This document shows positions 1 to 12,978 of a stretch of DNA of 64,000 nt, in pieces. Origin of the DNA: Squalus acanthias (taxonomy: Eukaryota); assembly GCA_030390025.1 (NCBI GenBank), contig CM059434.1, positions 43,772,001 to 43,836,000 of the forward strand, given 5' to 3'. The position numbers were made by a program, and so were the translations under genes. Each line of letters starts with the position of its first letter. The first letter of the stretch is position 1. The notes under the pieces are model-generated. The model was not told where the DNA came from. It saw nothing but the letters and a program-made list of their open reading frames with translations, and did not search any database.

Positions 1-1536
1 TTGAAACATGTCTAATTCCCTCCATATCTGATTGCAGTGTCCACACACAATAGCGTCAATGATCATACAGTTAGTCATGAATGAGACAAACTATAATGCT
101 TGAGCCTCAGGTAGTGGTGGTGAGAGGGGAATAAAATAAAATGTTTAGAAAGGACTCTGCGGCTTCAACTTGTCAGCGAACCTTTTCTACTTGGGAAAGC
201 TCTGGGAACTGAGGTTAATAAAGGGCGCACAAAAATTAAACACCTTACCAAATTCTGTCTGAATGAATTTCTCCATTAAACCAGCATGCAATAAAAAGAG
301 AGTTTTCGTGCAATTACCACCACATCACTGGGGCATGAAATAAGCCAGCTTTTGCTTGCTGTTTTTTTTTCCCTTGGTTTCTTCCTTTTCATTTTTAGCT
401 GAAGTAAGCCTACAAGCACTCCACAGCAAGCAGATTATAGTCTCTATTGACGGATCCAATTCACCCCCCGCCCCCCCCCTTCCTTTCCCTAATGGAGGGA
501 AAGGGGCTAGTACCCCCATATCCATTCTCCCAAGCATATATATATAGATATATATTTTTATACAATTGGTTTCAGCCGAGAAATCGGCGAGATGCCCAGA
601 AATTTTTAATTGCTCGAACAAATGCTTTCAACACCCCTCTGAAAGATAGAAGAGTAACAGATGCCATTGGAACACTTCTACGCTGTCTCTTTGCTGCTCG
701 TAAAAATAGCACATTGTTGCACAGGCAGCGTTTTTTTCCTTTGTCTCGGCAGCAGTAAGTGGTGTATGATGCAATTTTTTTCCTCCTTTTTTTTTGCCAT
801 CTGCCCCAGAGCTTCATTAAAGATACATGAATGGACTAACTGGTCTGATATCTTGTGAGGAACAGGTGCTTTTGTTTGTCCCTGTAGACCCGCAGTAAAG
901 ATCTGACTCAGAGTACTTGAGACTCAGCATCTGCAGCAGTCAGTCAGAGTGCTACTCTGTGTGACACTCGTCATCAAGCCTGCAATGCAAATAAACTGGT
1001 CGGGAGAGTAATTAAAATTTTTCTTAAGGGGCTTTCTATCATCTCTTCTCAAGCAGCCGACTGGGAGGATTTGTGACATGAAAATAACAGCACAATTCAT
1101 AAGCTCTAATATCAGAGTATTAAGCTCAAATAAAAATGACCTTACATGAGATGTTTCGGTTTGTTCTGACTTTGTGATTAAAGCTGATGTTTCTCTCTCA
1201 GATCAAGAATTGTAATAAATATGAAATTCAGCAGTACTCACCCTAATAATTTAATCCGATGAAGCGGGGGGGGGGGGGGGGGAGGTGGGGGGGGTGGGGG
1301 GGGGGGGCGCGGGGAAGAAGCGATTTTTATTCTGTTTCGTTACTAGAGATAGTAACTTCTAAAATCTGCTAAACTGTCTTTTTCATGCCTGTCAGAAAGT
1401 ATCTTCTGCCCAAAGTCCAGTCAATTTAGATTTTAGGTGCTAGCGTTGATCTGTGAAACAGAGTAAAATAATGTCTGTTCTCCTGCACTCGGAGTTATAT
1501 ATATATTGGTGAATGCCATAGAGGTTTAAACATGAG

Positions 1537-1742
1537 ATAGTAGAATTTCATCTTTACTGCCTGCACGTTAAACCTCACCTGGGTGAAGCGCAGAAAGGCA
1601 AATCTTGCATGGAGGATCGCACGTCAGAACCCACCTGATTTTCCTTCCATTTAAATGAATGGAAGAAGAACGCGATGGGTTCTGAAAGGAGCGTGCAAAC
1701 TTTCTGCACTTCACCCAGGAGGTGAAGGTGAAAATCTACCCC
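1537..1742. mobile_element. Fold-back MITE (probably Harbinger-derived)
   Basis: Inverted arms cctgggtgaagcgcagaaag / ctttctgcacttcacccagg, central ttccatttaaatgaatggaa, end aaaatctacccc. Confidence 0.55.
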
Positions 1743-2404
1743 AAAGTGTCTCTTTTGTAGGGCTAACTTTGAAAAACAATGCCGGAAGCAAGGTATGACG
1801 AAGAGTGTGTCAACAGCAGATCCCATTTGAAATAGATTGGTTCATGACCGCGTAAAACTTGCGCGCAAACGAATTTAACGTGAACATGTTAAGCAATGTG
1901 CGACCAGAAGAAATGATTCAGATGTCAGTGTCTTAAAGAGCAACAATGGCCCAAATTTATCGACATGATTAGCTGCTAAGGGGGAACTAAGTGTTCCTTT
2001 TTGTGCTAACATTTCATTTTATGTCGTTGTGACCGCATTTCAATACAATTATTACTATTTTAGCAGCTGTTTAGCCTCACGTGATAGTGGAACTGGCTGA
2101 TGAGTTGAGAATTTCTTATAGTCTTTGCATATTTTTGGGAAGGATGATTAAAAATAGGACATGTATCTTGTAGGCCCCACATCATACCACCAGAGAAAAA
2201 TAAACATTGGAGTATTTAAAAAGTATGAAATAAAATGTGAAACGTACATTTTCGGGTTTTTACTCAGACATTTCCCTTGTGCTCAGTAAAGAGACTATTC
2301 CTGTAAGTGAGCCTTCACTTCCTGCAAAGCAGAGTATACCTTCATATACCCAATAACTGGCAACATTGTGAGTTCAATGGGTCAAGCGGAAACCCACATC
2401 ACCA

Positions 2405-2628
2405 GTTATACCTCCATTGGACCCATCTTTTGTTTCTTTACTTGTCCCGTTAACGCCCCCTTTTGCCTCGTACCATCATCCCTTTTGTCATTTAATCTCT
2501 CCTGCCTTCCCCTTATCACAGACCTTCCCTTTTGCCCTTTCCTCCCCAGCACCCACCACCACCACCACCACCCCCCCCCCCCCCCACCCTCGCAACTTTT
2601 CACTGGCTCTGTGCTTGTTTAAAAACTG
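2405..2628 (+). repeat. Penelope-like element 3' region (family A), 5' part split by Harbinger
   Basis: Aligns by eye to the 3' UTR following the GIY-YIG ORF at ~45390-45690 (…tatcacagaccttcccttttg…cttg.ttaaaa..tg). Confidence 0.7.
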
Positions 2629-2934
2629 ATAGCCCCCGAAAACGGGGTGCGGGGATCGCAATGCGCAGTTAACCCGTGCCCGTTCAAAGTAATGCAGGCA
2701 GCATGCAAACTTTGTGCTGCCTGCTAATTTAAATGATAGTGGCGTGCAGCCCAGCGCTGCTGAGTGGCTGTGCGCTCAGCAGGGGGCCCAAGTTCGTGCG
2801 AGGCTAGCACCAATTAGTGCTAGCCTGCAGTTCTTAAAGCCAGCCTACACCTCTTAAAGAGGAGGTGCAGTTTGATGACACCAGGTGCTGGAAGTAATTG
2901 CAGAAGGTAGTTTCACATGGGAAAACATACAGGA

Positions 2935-3605
2935 ATGGCACAACAGGCCAGAGAAAGAGCTCCAAGGTTCTCAGAGGCAGCACTGGAGGCCTTAGTACAG
3001 GAGGTGGAGAGGAGGAGAGAGGTCCTGTTTTCACAGGGGGCCAGGAGGCCCTCTAGGCAGACACTGCGAAGGCAATGGGAGCAGATAGCCATAGAGGACA
3101 ATGCCAACAGTGTTGCCCTGAGGACCTGGATGCAGTGCTGGAAGAAGTTCAACGACCTCACATGAGTGGTCAAGGTCAGTGAATGTATCTTCAAATGCCA
3201 TATCACACAAACTGCACCACTAGCCTCACACACTGCTCGATTCACCACACCCCCATTACTCACCTACCAACAATCTCTTTCAATCACGACTCATACCTAA
3301 CATTTGTACGTTCCATCTCACCCTCACACACTTACCACAGCTGCAAGCCTCACACCCACAGCTCATAGCTTGTCCACACTGCCAGCTATTCAAACATGAC
3401 AGCCACATCAGCCAAACACAATGAACCATATTCACTCTCTTGCAGGACAAGGTGGCACACAACCGTAGGCAGCGGCAGCTAACCGGAGGGGGAGAGGTGT
3501 GCCTTCATATCCTGGCCCCGCTCAAGGAGACGGTGCTCGGCATAATTGGAGTGACTGTGACTGAGGCCGTGGCCAATGGCAGCACTGAAACCACTGAACA
3601 TGATG
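2935..3605 (+). pseudogene. Harbinger Myb/SANT-like DNA-binding protein (spliced: exons ~2935-3174 and 3446-3605), pseudogenised
   Basis: RAPRFSEAALEALVQEV..RREVLF..W.QIA..RTW.QCWKKFNDL, then DKVAHNRRQRQLTGGG after a phase-0 GT-AG intron (AAG|gtcagt ... ctcttgcag|GAC). In-frame TGA at 3163-3165, probably CGA>TGA. Confidence 0.85.
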
Positions 3606-3747
3606 GTATGCTCATACCTAATCCTCCTTCTCACATCCCACTTTCCCCCATCCCACAATCTCTTCTCACTTACAAGCTGCAGATAGTGTAAGCATGCACC
3701 TCTTTCTTCCACACCACCCCCCCATCCCCCCAATTGGGATTGCATTC

Positions 3748-4868
3748 ACTGGCAGTTGGATGAGTCAATCACGGACAGCCCGGGCAGAAAGGGGCTGTCT
3801 GGGTTGCTTCCTCCCTTTCGCTTTCTCCTCTTTCTCTTCCGCTTTCTCCTCAACTGGTCATCTGGTGGCAAGGGCTGTGCCCTCATGATGGCGAGGTTGT
3901 GGAGCACACAGACCACGACAAATCTTGAGACACGCTCTGGTGACTCTGCAGGACTCCTCCAGAGCGGTCCAGGCAGTGGAAGCGTTGTTTAAGGACACCA
4001 ATGGTCTGCTTCCGTGTGGTAGCATGGCTTTCGTTGTATACCTGCTGCCCACGTGTGCATGGGTTGCACAGTGGAGTCATGAGCCAGGTGGTCAGTGGAT
4101 CGCCCTTGTTGCCCAGTAGCCACCCTCTGGTTTGTCGTGGTGGCTCAAATGCTGATGGTACAGTGGACTGCCGCAGAATGAAGGCATCATGGCTGCTGCC
4201 AGGATTCCGAGCATGGACTTGCATGATACACTGAGTGTGGTCGCACACCAGCTGGTCATTGAGGAAATGGAATCCCTTCCGGTTACGGTACATCTCCAAA
4301 TTGAGATGTGGCGCCCGCAAAGCGACATTTGTGCAGTCAATGGCACCCTGCACCATGAGGAAGCCTGCTATCCTGGTGAAGCCACGTGCTCACGCTTTGC
4401 CTGTTGCTCTCTGGCAAAAGAGAATGAAATGTATTCAGCTCTCTTTGCTTACAGAGCCTCACTCACCTCCCTTATACAGAAGTGGACAACGAACTGGGAG
4501 ATGTTGCAGATGTCCCCTGCTTCAGCCTGGAAGGAGCCCAACGCAAAGACGTTCAAGGCCACGGTCACCTTTACAGCCACTGGCAATGCCATCCTCGCCC
4601 TGGACTGAGGCTGCAGGTCTACCTGCAGCAGGTGGCAGATTTCAGTGAGCACCTCCTTAGTAAATCAGAGACGTCGCGTACACTGTTCCTCGCTGAGGTT
4701 GAGGTAGGAGAATTGCTCCCTGAAGACCCTGGGTGGATATGGCCTCCTGCTGAAAGCCCTTCTCCCCCTCCTCCTTTCTCTTCTAGAAGCTTGTCCTGCT
4801 CTGTGTCACCTCTGCTCATTCTCCCTGTCATGCTGCAGGCCAAGGGGGATACAAACTACTGCACCCAT
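3748..4868 (-). pseudogene. Harbinger (HARBI1-like, DDE_Tnp_4) transposase, frameshifted
   Basis: Motifs LPVAVKVTVALNVFALGSFQ, VQGAIDCT, YRNRKGFH, PGSSHDAFIL, WLLGNKGDPL..WLMTP, YNESHATTR and IGVLKQRF.CLDRSGG across ORFs 4449-4652 and 3883-4356. Multiple frameshifts; GDxGY is mutated to GNKGD. Confidence 0.9.
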
Positions 4869-5392
4869 GTCTGGGAGCAACTGGGCTGAGCAGACCCCTT
4901 GCAAGTCAGTGCCAGGTCCTTGAGCACATGTCACACCACTCCTTGTAAACTTTAGGCAACTTTAAAGAAGTCTAGAAAGCGTCAAACACTTCTACAAACT
5001 CAGCAACAGCTAGTAGAAATCAATCAGCAACTAACCTGTAAATAGGTGATGATCCCTTTAAATAGTGCTAGTGTGTGGGGGGGGGGGTCCTTCCTGCTGC
5101 TGAACGCATGTTCAGCTGTTTGAGGTTAAGAGAGGGCGTTAGCTCCAGCGCTGAGATCTAAAATGGCAGCGCTAGCATTAAATCAGCGTTACATGCTAAT
5201 TGACATCATGAAATGCATACTCTGCATACTTCCGATGCACACTCTTAGCGCCGACGCTAATGCCCTCACCAAAATGGCGTCCGGCGCGGCCTGCACCAGA
5301 AGTCTGCGCGCACTATTCGGATGCCATTTTCGAGCCAAATCGGTACCCGTAGCGTCCAAACAACAGGCGCTATGCAACTGAATTTTTAGCCC

Positions 5393-5548
5393 TAAAGCTC
5401 TAACATCTTTCAATTCTGATGATAGGTCATCAACCTGAATGGAGAGAGAAACAGAGTTAACCAAAGATGCTGCCTGATTCGCTGAGTGTTTTCCAGCACT
5501 TTTTGTTTTTATTTCAGATTTCCAGCATCTGCAGTATTTTGATTTTGC
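5393..5548 (+). repeat. Penelope-like element 3' region (family A), continuation with decayed hammerhead and micro-inversion
   Basis: ttctgatgataggtcatcaacctgaa … agatgctgcctga..gctgagt..ttccagca.tttt matches 45712-45815. Confidence 0.75.
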
Positions 5549-6344
5549 ATCAATGTATTTAGCTCACTGGATACATCACGAGTCCTCCCACAAACTCCAG
5601 AAAGCAGTAGATCAAACAATCTATCAGACCACAGTTTAGGCTACAAACTACAGGACAGGTTTATTAAAACATTGGCAGAGGCCCAGTAGAATAACACATT
5701 AGTGAGGCAGGAATACAGGAAATCTGAAACTAGTACTGGGGGAAAAAATTACAATAAGAAACTTCAGACTTTTTGTGAATCTCCTGACTGTGACATTTCG
5801 TGGGCTGCTAAGTCTTAAAAATTCACATTCAGGGAATGTTGAAGTAGAGGGATTATTTGGGTGGAATTTTCAATCTGTGAAGTGGAATATGACTTTCACC
5901 AAAATCTCCACACAGATGGCAAGAATCATGAAAGGTTTTCAGACCTGAGTGACTCCCAAAAACCTTTCCCTATTCTAGCCTGCTTTGGTAGCTCAGATAG
6001 GAAATGTACTGCCTGCTGTAGACCCGAGTCTTCGGGGCCAGAAATTGATATCCAGTTTGTGCTGGGTTACAGCAATTTTACATTGAAAGACTGCAGCTGA
6101 TGGCAAATGTGTGTTTCTTTCACTGCTGCCAGTAGTTAATGTCACTTATCTTGTTCTGCTGGCAGTGCAGAACTATTTTTCACAGGTTTTAAGAACTGCC
6201 GCCAAATTTGCCAGCTCTATTTCTGTCCAGTGCCTGAAAGAGGTCGGTGTCAGGTGGAAGTGCAAAAGGGGGAGAACGATGCATGGAGACTCGTAACAGC
6301 ATCGCTGCCTCAAACTGGCGCTGAAATTTTCAAGCAGCTTTAGC

Positions 6345-6690
6345 TGATCTCGGCTAGGGAAGCAGCTGAGGCATTACAATTGGTCTCAGCACTCCTAAGC
6401 TGGGGGAGAGAAAAATATCATTCAGGGTTTTTGCTCCTGATTGCTGTCTAATGATTTCTGTTGGCTAATGATTTCTGTTGGCAAGTACGCATGCTGTATG
6501 AGAACTGAGTTAGGCCAAGTTACGATTCCCCCATGTAAAAATAGTCAGTCAACACTTACTGTCAAGGCTTGCTCATGATAAATGCACACTTGGATGAGGT
6601 ACCAGAGGGCAGCCAGAGCCTTTTAAACTCTGGCTCAGTATGAATTAGTGCCTTTTGGTGAGGAGGAGTAAAAGATGGAAAGAGAAATTT
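6345..6690 (+). repeat. Dispersed tRNA-type SINE family (unnamed 'family B'), partial copy
   Basis: Shares agctgatctc..caattgg.ctcag, tgctcctgat, actgtc.aggct and cacttgg..gaggtaccagagggc with copies at ~9500-9800(-), 14970-15720(+), 36900-37250(-), 39100-39370(-), 43850-44210(+), 53590-53960(-), 57185-57570(+) and 59440-59790(-). Confidence 0.65.
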
Positions 6691-6837
6691 CCAACCCCTA
6701 GCACAGTGTTACATGGGAGCTGCACTCAGCCACTGCCAGTGGGCATGCAAATAAGCTGACCTCGGCGTTTACAGTCCAGCCAAGCAACATCGGGGCAAAA
6801 GGTCACGTGGAATTTTTGGACCAATAAATTTAAAGGA

Positions 6838-7260
6838 TCATAGAATGATACAATGCAGAAAGAGGCCATTCAGCCCATCGTGCCTGTGCCGGCTCTTTGA
6901 AAGAGCTATCCAACTAGTCTCACTCCCCTGCTCTTTCCCCGTAGCCCTGCAAATTTTACCCCTTCAAGTATTTATCCAATACCCTTTTAAAAGGTATTAC
7001 TGAATCTGTTTCCACCACCCTTTCAGGCAGTGCATTCCAAATCATAACAACTCGCTGTGTAAAAAATGATTTCCTCATGTCGCCTCTGGTTCTTTTGCCA
7101 ATTACCTTAAATCTGTGTCCTCTGGTTACCGACCCCATTGACACTGGAAACAGTTTCTCATTATTTACTCTATGAAATCCCGTCATGATTTTGAAAACCC
7201 TCTATCAAATCTCCCCTGAAACCTTCTCTGTTCTAAGGAGAACAACCCTAGTTTCTCTAT
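6838..7260 (-). mobile_element. CR1 LINE 3' fragment
   Basis: ORF2 C-terminus LFP…TRGHRFKV…RKSFFTQRVV.IWNALPERVVE…FKRVLDKYL plus 3' UTR gatgggctgaatggcct and short tandem tail. Confidence 0.9.
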
Positions 7261-7964
7261 GAAGGATGATGAGGTTGGAGTGACTCAAAAAATCTTTAAT
7301 TCTAGATATGATAGATCAGAGTGGAAGGGAACATCTCAGTGTTTATTCTCCATAAATAATTAATTTGGGCCTTGTTGCAATAAGCAGGAGGTGACAATAA
7401 GAGCTGTAAACGGGAGGAATTAACTTCACTGAATTTTCTGTTCCGTCCACAAAAAAGATACAGCATTTGACACAACATCAACAGCAGTCACCATGTCCGG
7501 CACATTCTTAATCCTATTTAGTACAGATTCAGAGAAACCCAGACCGTCAGTGAAGTGAGGTGAGGATTTCAGTAAAGCAAAGCTCGACAGTGTTGGAACT
7601 TGTGCAAGACACCAAAGGGGTGAAATTGGACTACTCCAGTAACGTGAAACGGGCTCATAGCGAATTGACAGCCCGTTTTACATCGCAACGGATTTTCTTT
7701 TCCATTGACTTCACTGTCTAAGGATTCAATAGTAAAACAGCATCAATACTGCTACTTTTTCAACTCTGTCACTTCCTCCATCTGGTTAATGAGTTTTATA
7801 ACATTGCAGGATTTTAATGAAATGTTCCATTGTAAGATCAGTGATGTCACCTCAGACAACAGTTTTTTAGTGAATATCGCACTCTCACCAAGATTGTAAT
7901 ATGCAAGTCCCTGAAAAGAAGAGTAAGCAGCATGTATTTTAGAAATAAATTCCAGCATGGATTA

Positions 7965-8116
7965 ATATCCTATAATTCCCCACCTAACACCATTATGGGA
8001 GCACCATCTCTACAAGGACTGCAGTGGTTCAAGAAGAAGGCCCACCAGCACCTTTTCAAGGCAATTAGGATGGCTTTGCCAACGTCACCCACAACCCACA
8101 AACAACTTTTTAAAAA
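7965..8116 (+). mobile_element. 3' end fragment of CR1-group LINE (same family as 59880-60579)
   Basis: cctaaca.ca…ggactgcagtggttcaagaagaaggcccaccagcacctt.tcaaggcaattagg matches 41280-41430. Confidence 0.7.
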
Positions 8117-8348
8117 ATTAGCTGTGTCTCAGGATTTCCATACAGTCCTTAGCTTCTCTCGTTTGGGACTGAAGCTTTGCCACGGGGAGGAGAACATTCA
8201 GTAATGTTATACAGAACAACCCCCTTCCCTCCAGCCCTTTCTAACATTTATTGCAAATTTGCCACTGACTCAGAGTTTCATTTGTAATGTAAACAGTGTG
8301 AGATTTACTTGTTTAGTAACCCAGTTGCTGTTAATAATTCATTTACTG

Positions 8349-8808
8349 GGTGTCACTTTAGCTCAGTGGTAGTACTCTTGCATCTAAGCCAGAAAGTTGT
8401 GAGTTCAAGTCCCACTCCCAGGATTTGTGCACATAAGCTAAGCTGCCTCATCAGTGCAGTACTAAGGGAGTGCTGCTTCATCAGAGGTGCAGTCTTTTAC
8501 ATGAAATATTAAACCGAAGCCCTGCTTGTTCAGGTGGTTGTAAAGGATCTCATGACACTATTTGAATAAAAGCAGGAAGTTTTCCCTGTGTTCTGATCAG
8601 CAATTATCTTTCAAAAAACTCCACCAAAACAAATTATCTAGTCACTGATCTCACTTGCGGTTTGTGGGACCTTGCTGTGTACAAGTTGACTGTTGCATTG
8701 ACCTACCTAACAACAGTGACACTTTAAAAATAATTAATTGGCTGCAAAGTGCTTTAGGATGTCCTGAGAACGTTAAAGGTGCTTTATAAATGCACAATCT
8801 TTCTTTTT
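8349..8808 (+). repeat. Deu-domain tRNA SINE (SacSINE1/AmnSINE1-like), diverged copy
   Basis: A box gctcagtggtag, B box gagttcaagtccc, Deu-like core cagtgcagtact.agggagtgctgc..cagaggtgc.gtcttt, L2-like tail aaggtgctttataaatgca. Confidence 0.8.
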
Positions 8809-8925
8809 GGGTTATGGTTCCAAGCTGTCCCATGTACGCAAACATATTGAGAATAGTATATTGTTAAAGCAATTTATCAGAAGTGGTTGGGTGACAGGGT
8901 AGCTACATAATCTGAGTTTCTGAGT

Positions 8926-9284
8926 CAACACTGAGGGAGTGCTGCATTGTCAGAGGTGCCGTCTTTCGGGTGAGGTATTAAGCCGAGGCTCCGTCTGCCC
9001 TTTCAGGTGGACATAAAAGATCTCAAGGCACTATTTCACAGAAAAGCAGGAGAATTCTCCCGGGTATCCTGGCCAATATTTATCTCTCAACCAACATCCC
9101 TAAAACAGATTATCTGGTCATTATCACGTTGCTGTTTGTGGGAGCTTGCTGTGCGCAAATTGGCTGCCACATTTCCTACATTACAACAGTGACTACACTT
9201 CAAAAAGTACTTTATTGGCTGTAAAGCACTTTGGGACGTCCTAAGGTCATGAAAGGCACTATATAAATGCAAGTCTTTCTTTTT
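8926..9284 (+). repeat. Deu-domain SINE, 5'-truncated copy
   Basis: ctgagggagtgctgcattgtcagaggtgccgtctttcgg…caggtggacataaaagatc…aaggcactatataaatgcaagtctttc; close to 42987-43437. Confidence 0.85.
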
Positions 9285-9805
9285 AAATCCAGCCCATAAC
9301 ATTAAGAATTTAATTGTGAATTTTCAAAAGTAATGACAACTTTAACCGCGACACAAAGGGGTGCCAGGTACAAATCAGGGGAGCAAACTGTTAGCTTCTT
9401 AAAACTTGCTCAATCTGGGGGTGTCAAGAGCAAAGGGGGCAGGTAGCATTTCTTTTTTTTTAGAAACAGTTTTGTCCCCTTTTTTGTGACATCACTAATT
9501 CTTGCTGGGTTATGGTCCCACGGGGACTGGCAGCTCTGCATTACCTCATCCACATGGCCATTCTTCATGTTTGAACTGAAGTAGTGAGCATCAGAAGATT
9601 ATATGACTGAGGAGGGGTCACAGCCGAGCCTGGTCCTGTCCTCAACTAATATCCACACCTTCAAGCAGGAATCAGTAAATAGAGATCAGGAGTGGGAACT
9701 CCGGCTGATCGTTCCTCTCCCTCGGCCAAGGGTGCACAAACTAATTGCGGCACTCCCACTGCTGCCCTGGGTGAGATCCGCTAACACAGCACAATGAAGA
9801 AGGGA

Positions 9806-10069
9806 TAGGGTTTCCAATCTTCCAGGATTAACCCCTAACCTCAACCCTGGAGTCTCCAGGAATTAAATATTAATCTCCTGGGATAAAAAAATCATTGGGG
9901 CATTAAAAAAAAAATTGTGTTTTTAATTTTCTTTGAACACTTCCGTTTATTAGTTATAAAAATATTGGAGATCGGTAAAAAAGACTGTTTGACCAGCTGG
10001 GGTGGTTGGAGGTGGGAGGTCATGTGGTGAAATCGACAGGATGACTTTGAAGCAGAGTTGGCAACCCTA
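9806..10069. mobile_element. hAT-type MITE inserted in a family-B SINE
   Basis: TIRs tagggtttccaa / ttggcaacccta; 8-bp TSD agaaggga (9798-9805) vs aggaggga (10070-10077). Confidence 0.8.
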
Positions 10070-12744
10070 AGGAGGGACCTTCCCTTTTTTGGTATGGCTC
10101 AGTGCTGCACCAGCTGATACATTTACCCACTAAACCAGCAGCATGGCGCAGGTAGCAATTCTCTGCAGTTTAGAGCTTTCTCTCAGTTGTGTCCCAGCAT
10201 CATTACTTTAAGAAAGTCAACACAGTTACAAGAATATTAAATTGCAAAGAACCACATTAATACTTAATATTATCATAGCTGAATCCATCACAGTCTTGTC
10301 AATTAAATATTATTGTTAAGAAGCAATAGTTTGTTAAAACCACATAAAGTGCAAGCGAGGAAAATTACTGTGTATTTATTACTCCTGGAGGATCTATTTG
10401 TAGGTGTTTTACAGAGATATCAGTGGTAAAATATGCATATTCTCAGCACATTGTTATCCCCGAGTGTGCGTTTGTTTGGCTCAAACCAGACGCGAAAGCT
10501 CTGTATCTGCAAGTTCTGAAAAAAGCCTGAAGAACTAAGTGAGCCTAAATTTAATCAGAAACAAACACTCATCACTACAAAAGTGAAGAGTTGACTATTA
10601 TGCAAATTGTCACTGTCAGTGGTCACTGACCCATTATGGTTAATGAGAAAAAGCTGAAAGATGTGGGGCTTTTTTTCCTCTCTCTCTTTTTTGTAATTCA
10701 GTCCAGATGAGGCTCTGCAAAGCAAAGCCAACATTAAGCAAATCGTTGACAGCATATTGCAGAAACATGTTTAACACCAAAGAGTAATAATAGGATATGC
10801 AATTCATTACTATTTATAGGCGAGCAAGAATAGAAATCCCACCACCAGTGCAGGCCCACTGTGTGTTGGTGTTGCCTGCCTTTAAACCTCAGCACTGTTT
10901 CAGAAAGCTAGATTGTCTACGCACCCACTTTCTGCAGTAGTTTTATTAAAGACACTTACGATGGTGTGCTGGCACAGTCAATAGTGTGTTGATGGTGCTC
11001 CACCATTGTAGGAGGACACGGCTTCTCACCTGCAGAGCCCTCCTAATTTTGTTATGACAGCAAGTGACAGCTTCCCCCAAATGGAGGGAGGTCCAGCCTG
11101 CTCTTGTGAACCTCGTAGGGGTCAGTTACAAGAAGGTTTTGAGAGACATACCTCTCAACCAGCAACATGTTGAGAAGAGTATGATTCGAGTCTGCACTTA
11201 GGGTATGACTGCAATGTTGTGTAGAATCAGCAAATGTAACGTCAGGGTATCATGATTAAAATGAGACAGTGAGATGTACGGGGTACAAGCCTGAGAATCA
11301 GTCACCTACTGGTCACCTCGTTGATGGAATAGGAAAGAAAAAATAAAATGGGCAAAAATAAATACATTCTTCTCCTTCTCGGCACATAAACATACTTGGA
11401 GATGGTCCTTTCCAATTTGTAAACAGTATATATCAAGCATTTCTTTCTAATGCAAATTGTTAGTATAAATATTTTCACAGTTTATATGATTATAAACTGC
11501 TCATGAACATGACTATTCAATATCCTAATTAAAGAGGACATGATTTCCTTTTCTTGGCTTCTGTGCTAGAAGTATTTAAACTATTTGTATTGTCATCATA
11601 CACTGGTGCACGAATGCCATTGGGCACCTTACACAATGTCAAAATTATTTAAAAGACAAAAGAAGAAAAGTACATTGTGTCTATACTTTCAGTCTGAATG
11701 CAGAATGTCTGCTTTTGTCAGGACATCTGTACAATATTTCTTGAAAGAGTGAAAATTTCCTTTTTTGAGGTATTTTCTTTTCTTTCAAGTGTCCATGCAT
11801 CTGCCAGAGAAAACAACCTGCTGTCAAGCCTGCACCATTGTCATTCTGAACTGTCCAGCAGAAGGTGAGAGAGGAGAACTCTTCATCTACTTTTCCTTTC
11901 CTTCCTGTGCAGAACACCTTGCCTTCATGGCTAATTATGTTCACCAATGGAGTGACATCTACGTAATATGTTACAAAAGACCACTGAAACACTATCATAG
12001 AGATATTTGTCTCCATGACCCCCCCACCCCGCCACCCCAACAACAACCCAGGAGGAAGGCAACACTAAAATAAAACAAGTGGCCCAATCAGCTAATAATG
12101 CATGCAGGAGTATTACATGGTAATTTCATTCATTGTTTACAAGACAGACAATGTCCTGCAGCACCCACCGGTCGCAGAAAGTATCTTTCCATGGCAGCAC
12201 TGCTGAGATAGGGAACTTATCCTGTATGAGGAAGGGGGCTGTGGGTGGAAATCCCTTCCCTCTAATTGTGATAAGTAAAACAATAACCAATTCTACAATT
12301 CTATTTGATACTTGCTTTGAATAAAACAGCATAAAATACTATGAACATGATGGTATTACAGATATAATTAGTCGTTGTACAGTCAAGTTTGCCAACTAGA
12401 AGAAACTTGCTCTTTAAAACAAGTCAGATATGGAACCTATTTCAGTGATATTGTAATGATCTTTCTCATAAGTAAGAATTAGTGGAAGGATGGCCCTGGT
12501 CACTTTACCTCATAGAACTTCCATTAAACTTCTGCTTTCGCAATGATAGTAAGTAGTCGAGTCTTAATTAAAGACATTCAAAACGTATTGTCCAAGGCGG
12601 ACTATTTAGCCTTAGTAGTACAACAGCCAGCGTAATGTTTTGTTCCTCAAAACATCATTCAGTGGCTTTAATAGTAATTATTTGTCTTTTGATCCTTTGT
12701 GTAGTGATTTGTCCAGAAGCTGACATCAACCTGTGTGACTGAGC

Positions 12745-12978
12745 CCCATGCTCTGGAATTCCATTCCTAAACCCTTTAACCTCCCCACCTCTCCCTTCCC
12801 CTTTTAAGATCCTCATTAAAACCCACCTCTTTGAACAAGCTTTTGGTCACCCTTCCTAATATCTCCTTCTTTGCCTCGGCATCTATTTTTTTTTTTGATT
12901 ATACCTTTATGAAATGCCTTGGGATGTTTTTCTACTTTACAGGTGCTGTATAGATTCAAGTTGTTGTTATTGTTGTTT
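12745..12978 (+). mobile_element. L2 LINE 3' fragment
   Basis: ctctggaattcc.ttcctaaacc…ttaaaacccacctcttt…ggtcaccc…gccttgggatgtttttctac; similar to 41830-41945 and 51600-52125. Confidence 0.75.

Larger units (their letters stand above)
2629..5392. mobile_element. Decayed PIF/Harbinger DNA transposon with convergent Myb/SANT and transposase genes
   Basis: Contains both canonical Harbinger ORFs. Right terminus reads gggctaaaaattcagttgc on the minus strand and is followed by TAA; the left terminal bases appear lost. CpG-rich subtermini with agcgc/gcgct motifs. Interrupts a Penelope-like repeat. Confidence 0.9.

Noticed and set aside
1264-1314. Poly-G tract as a functional G-quadruplex
   Set aside because: Such G/C homopolymer tracts recur (2550-2590, 56920-56965, 57576-57596), are error-prone in assemblies, and nothing here supports function.
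9828-9848. Telomere-like taacccctaacctcaaccc
   Set aside because: Only three imperfect units inside a hAT MITE; too short to call an interstitial telomere.
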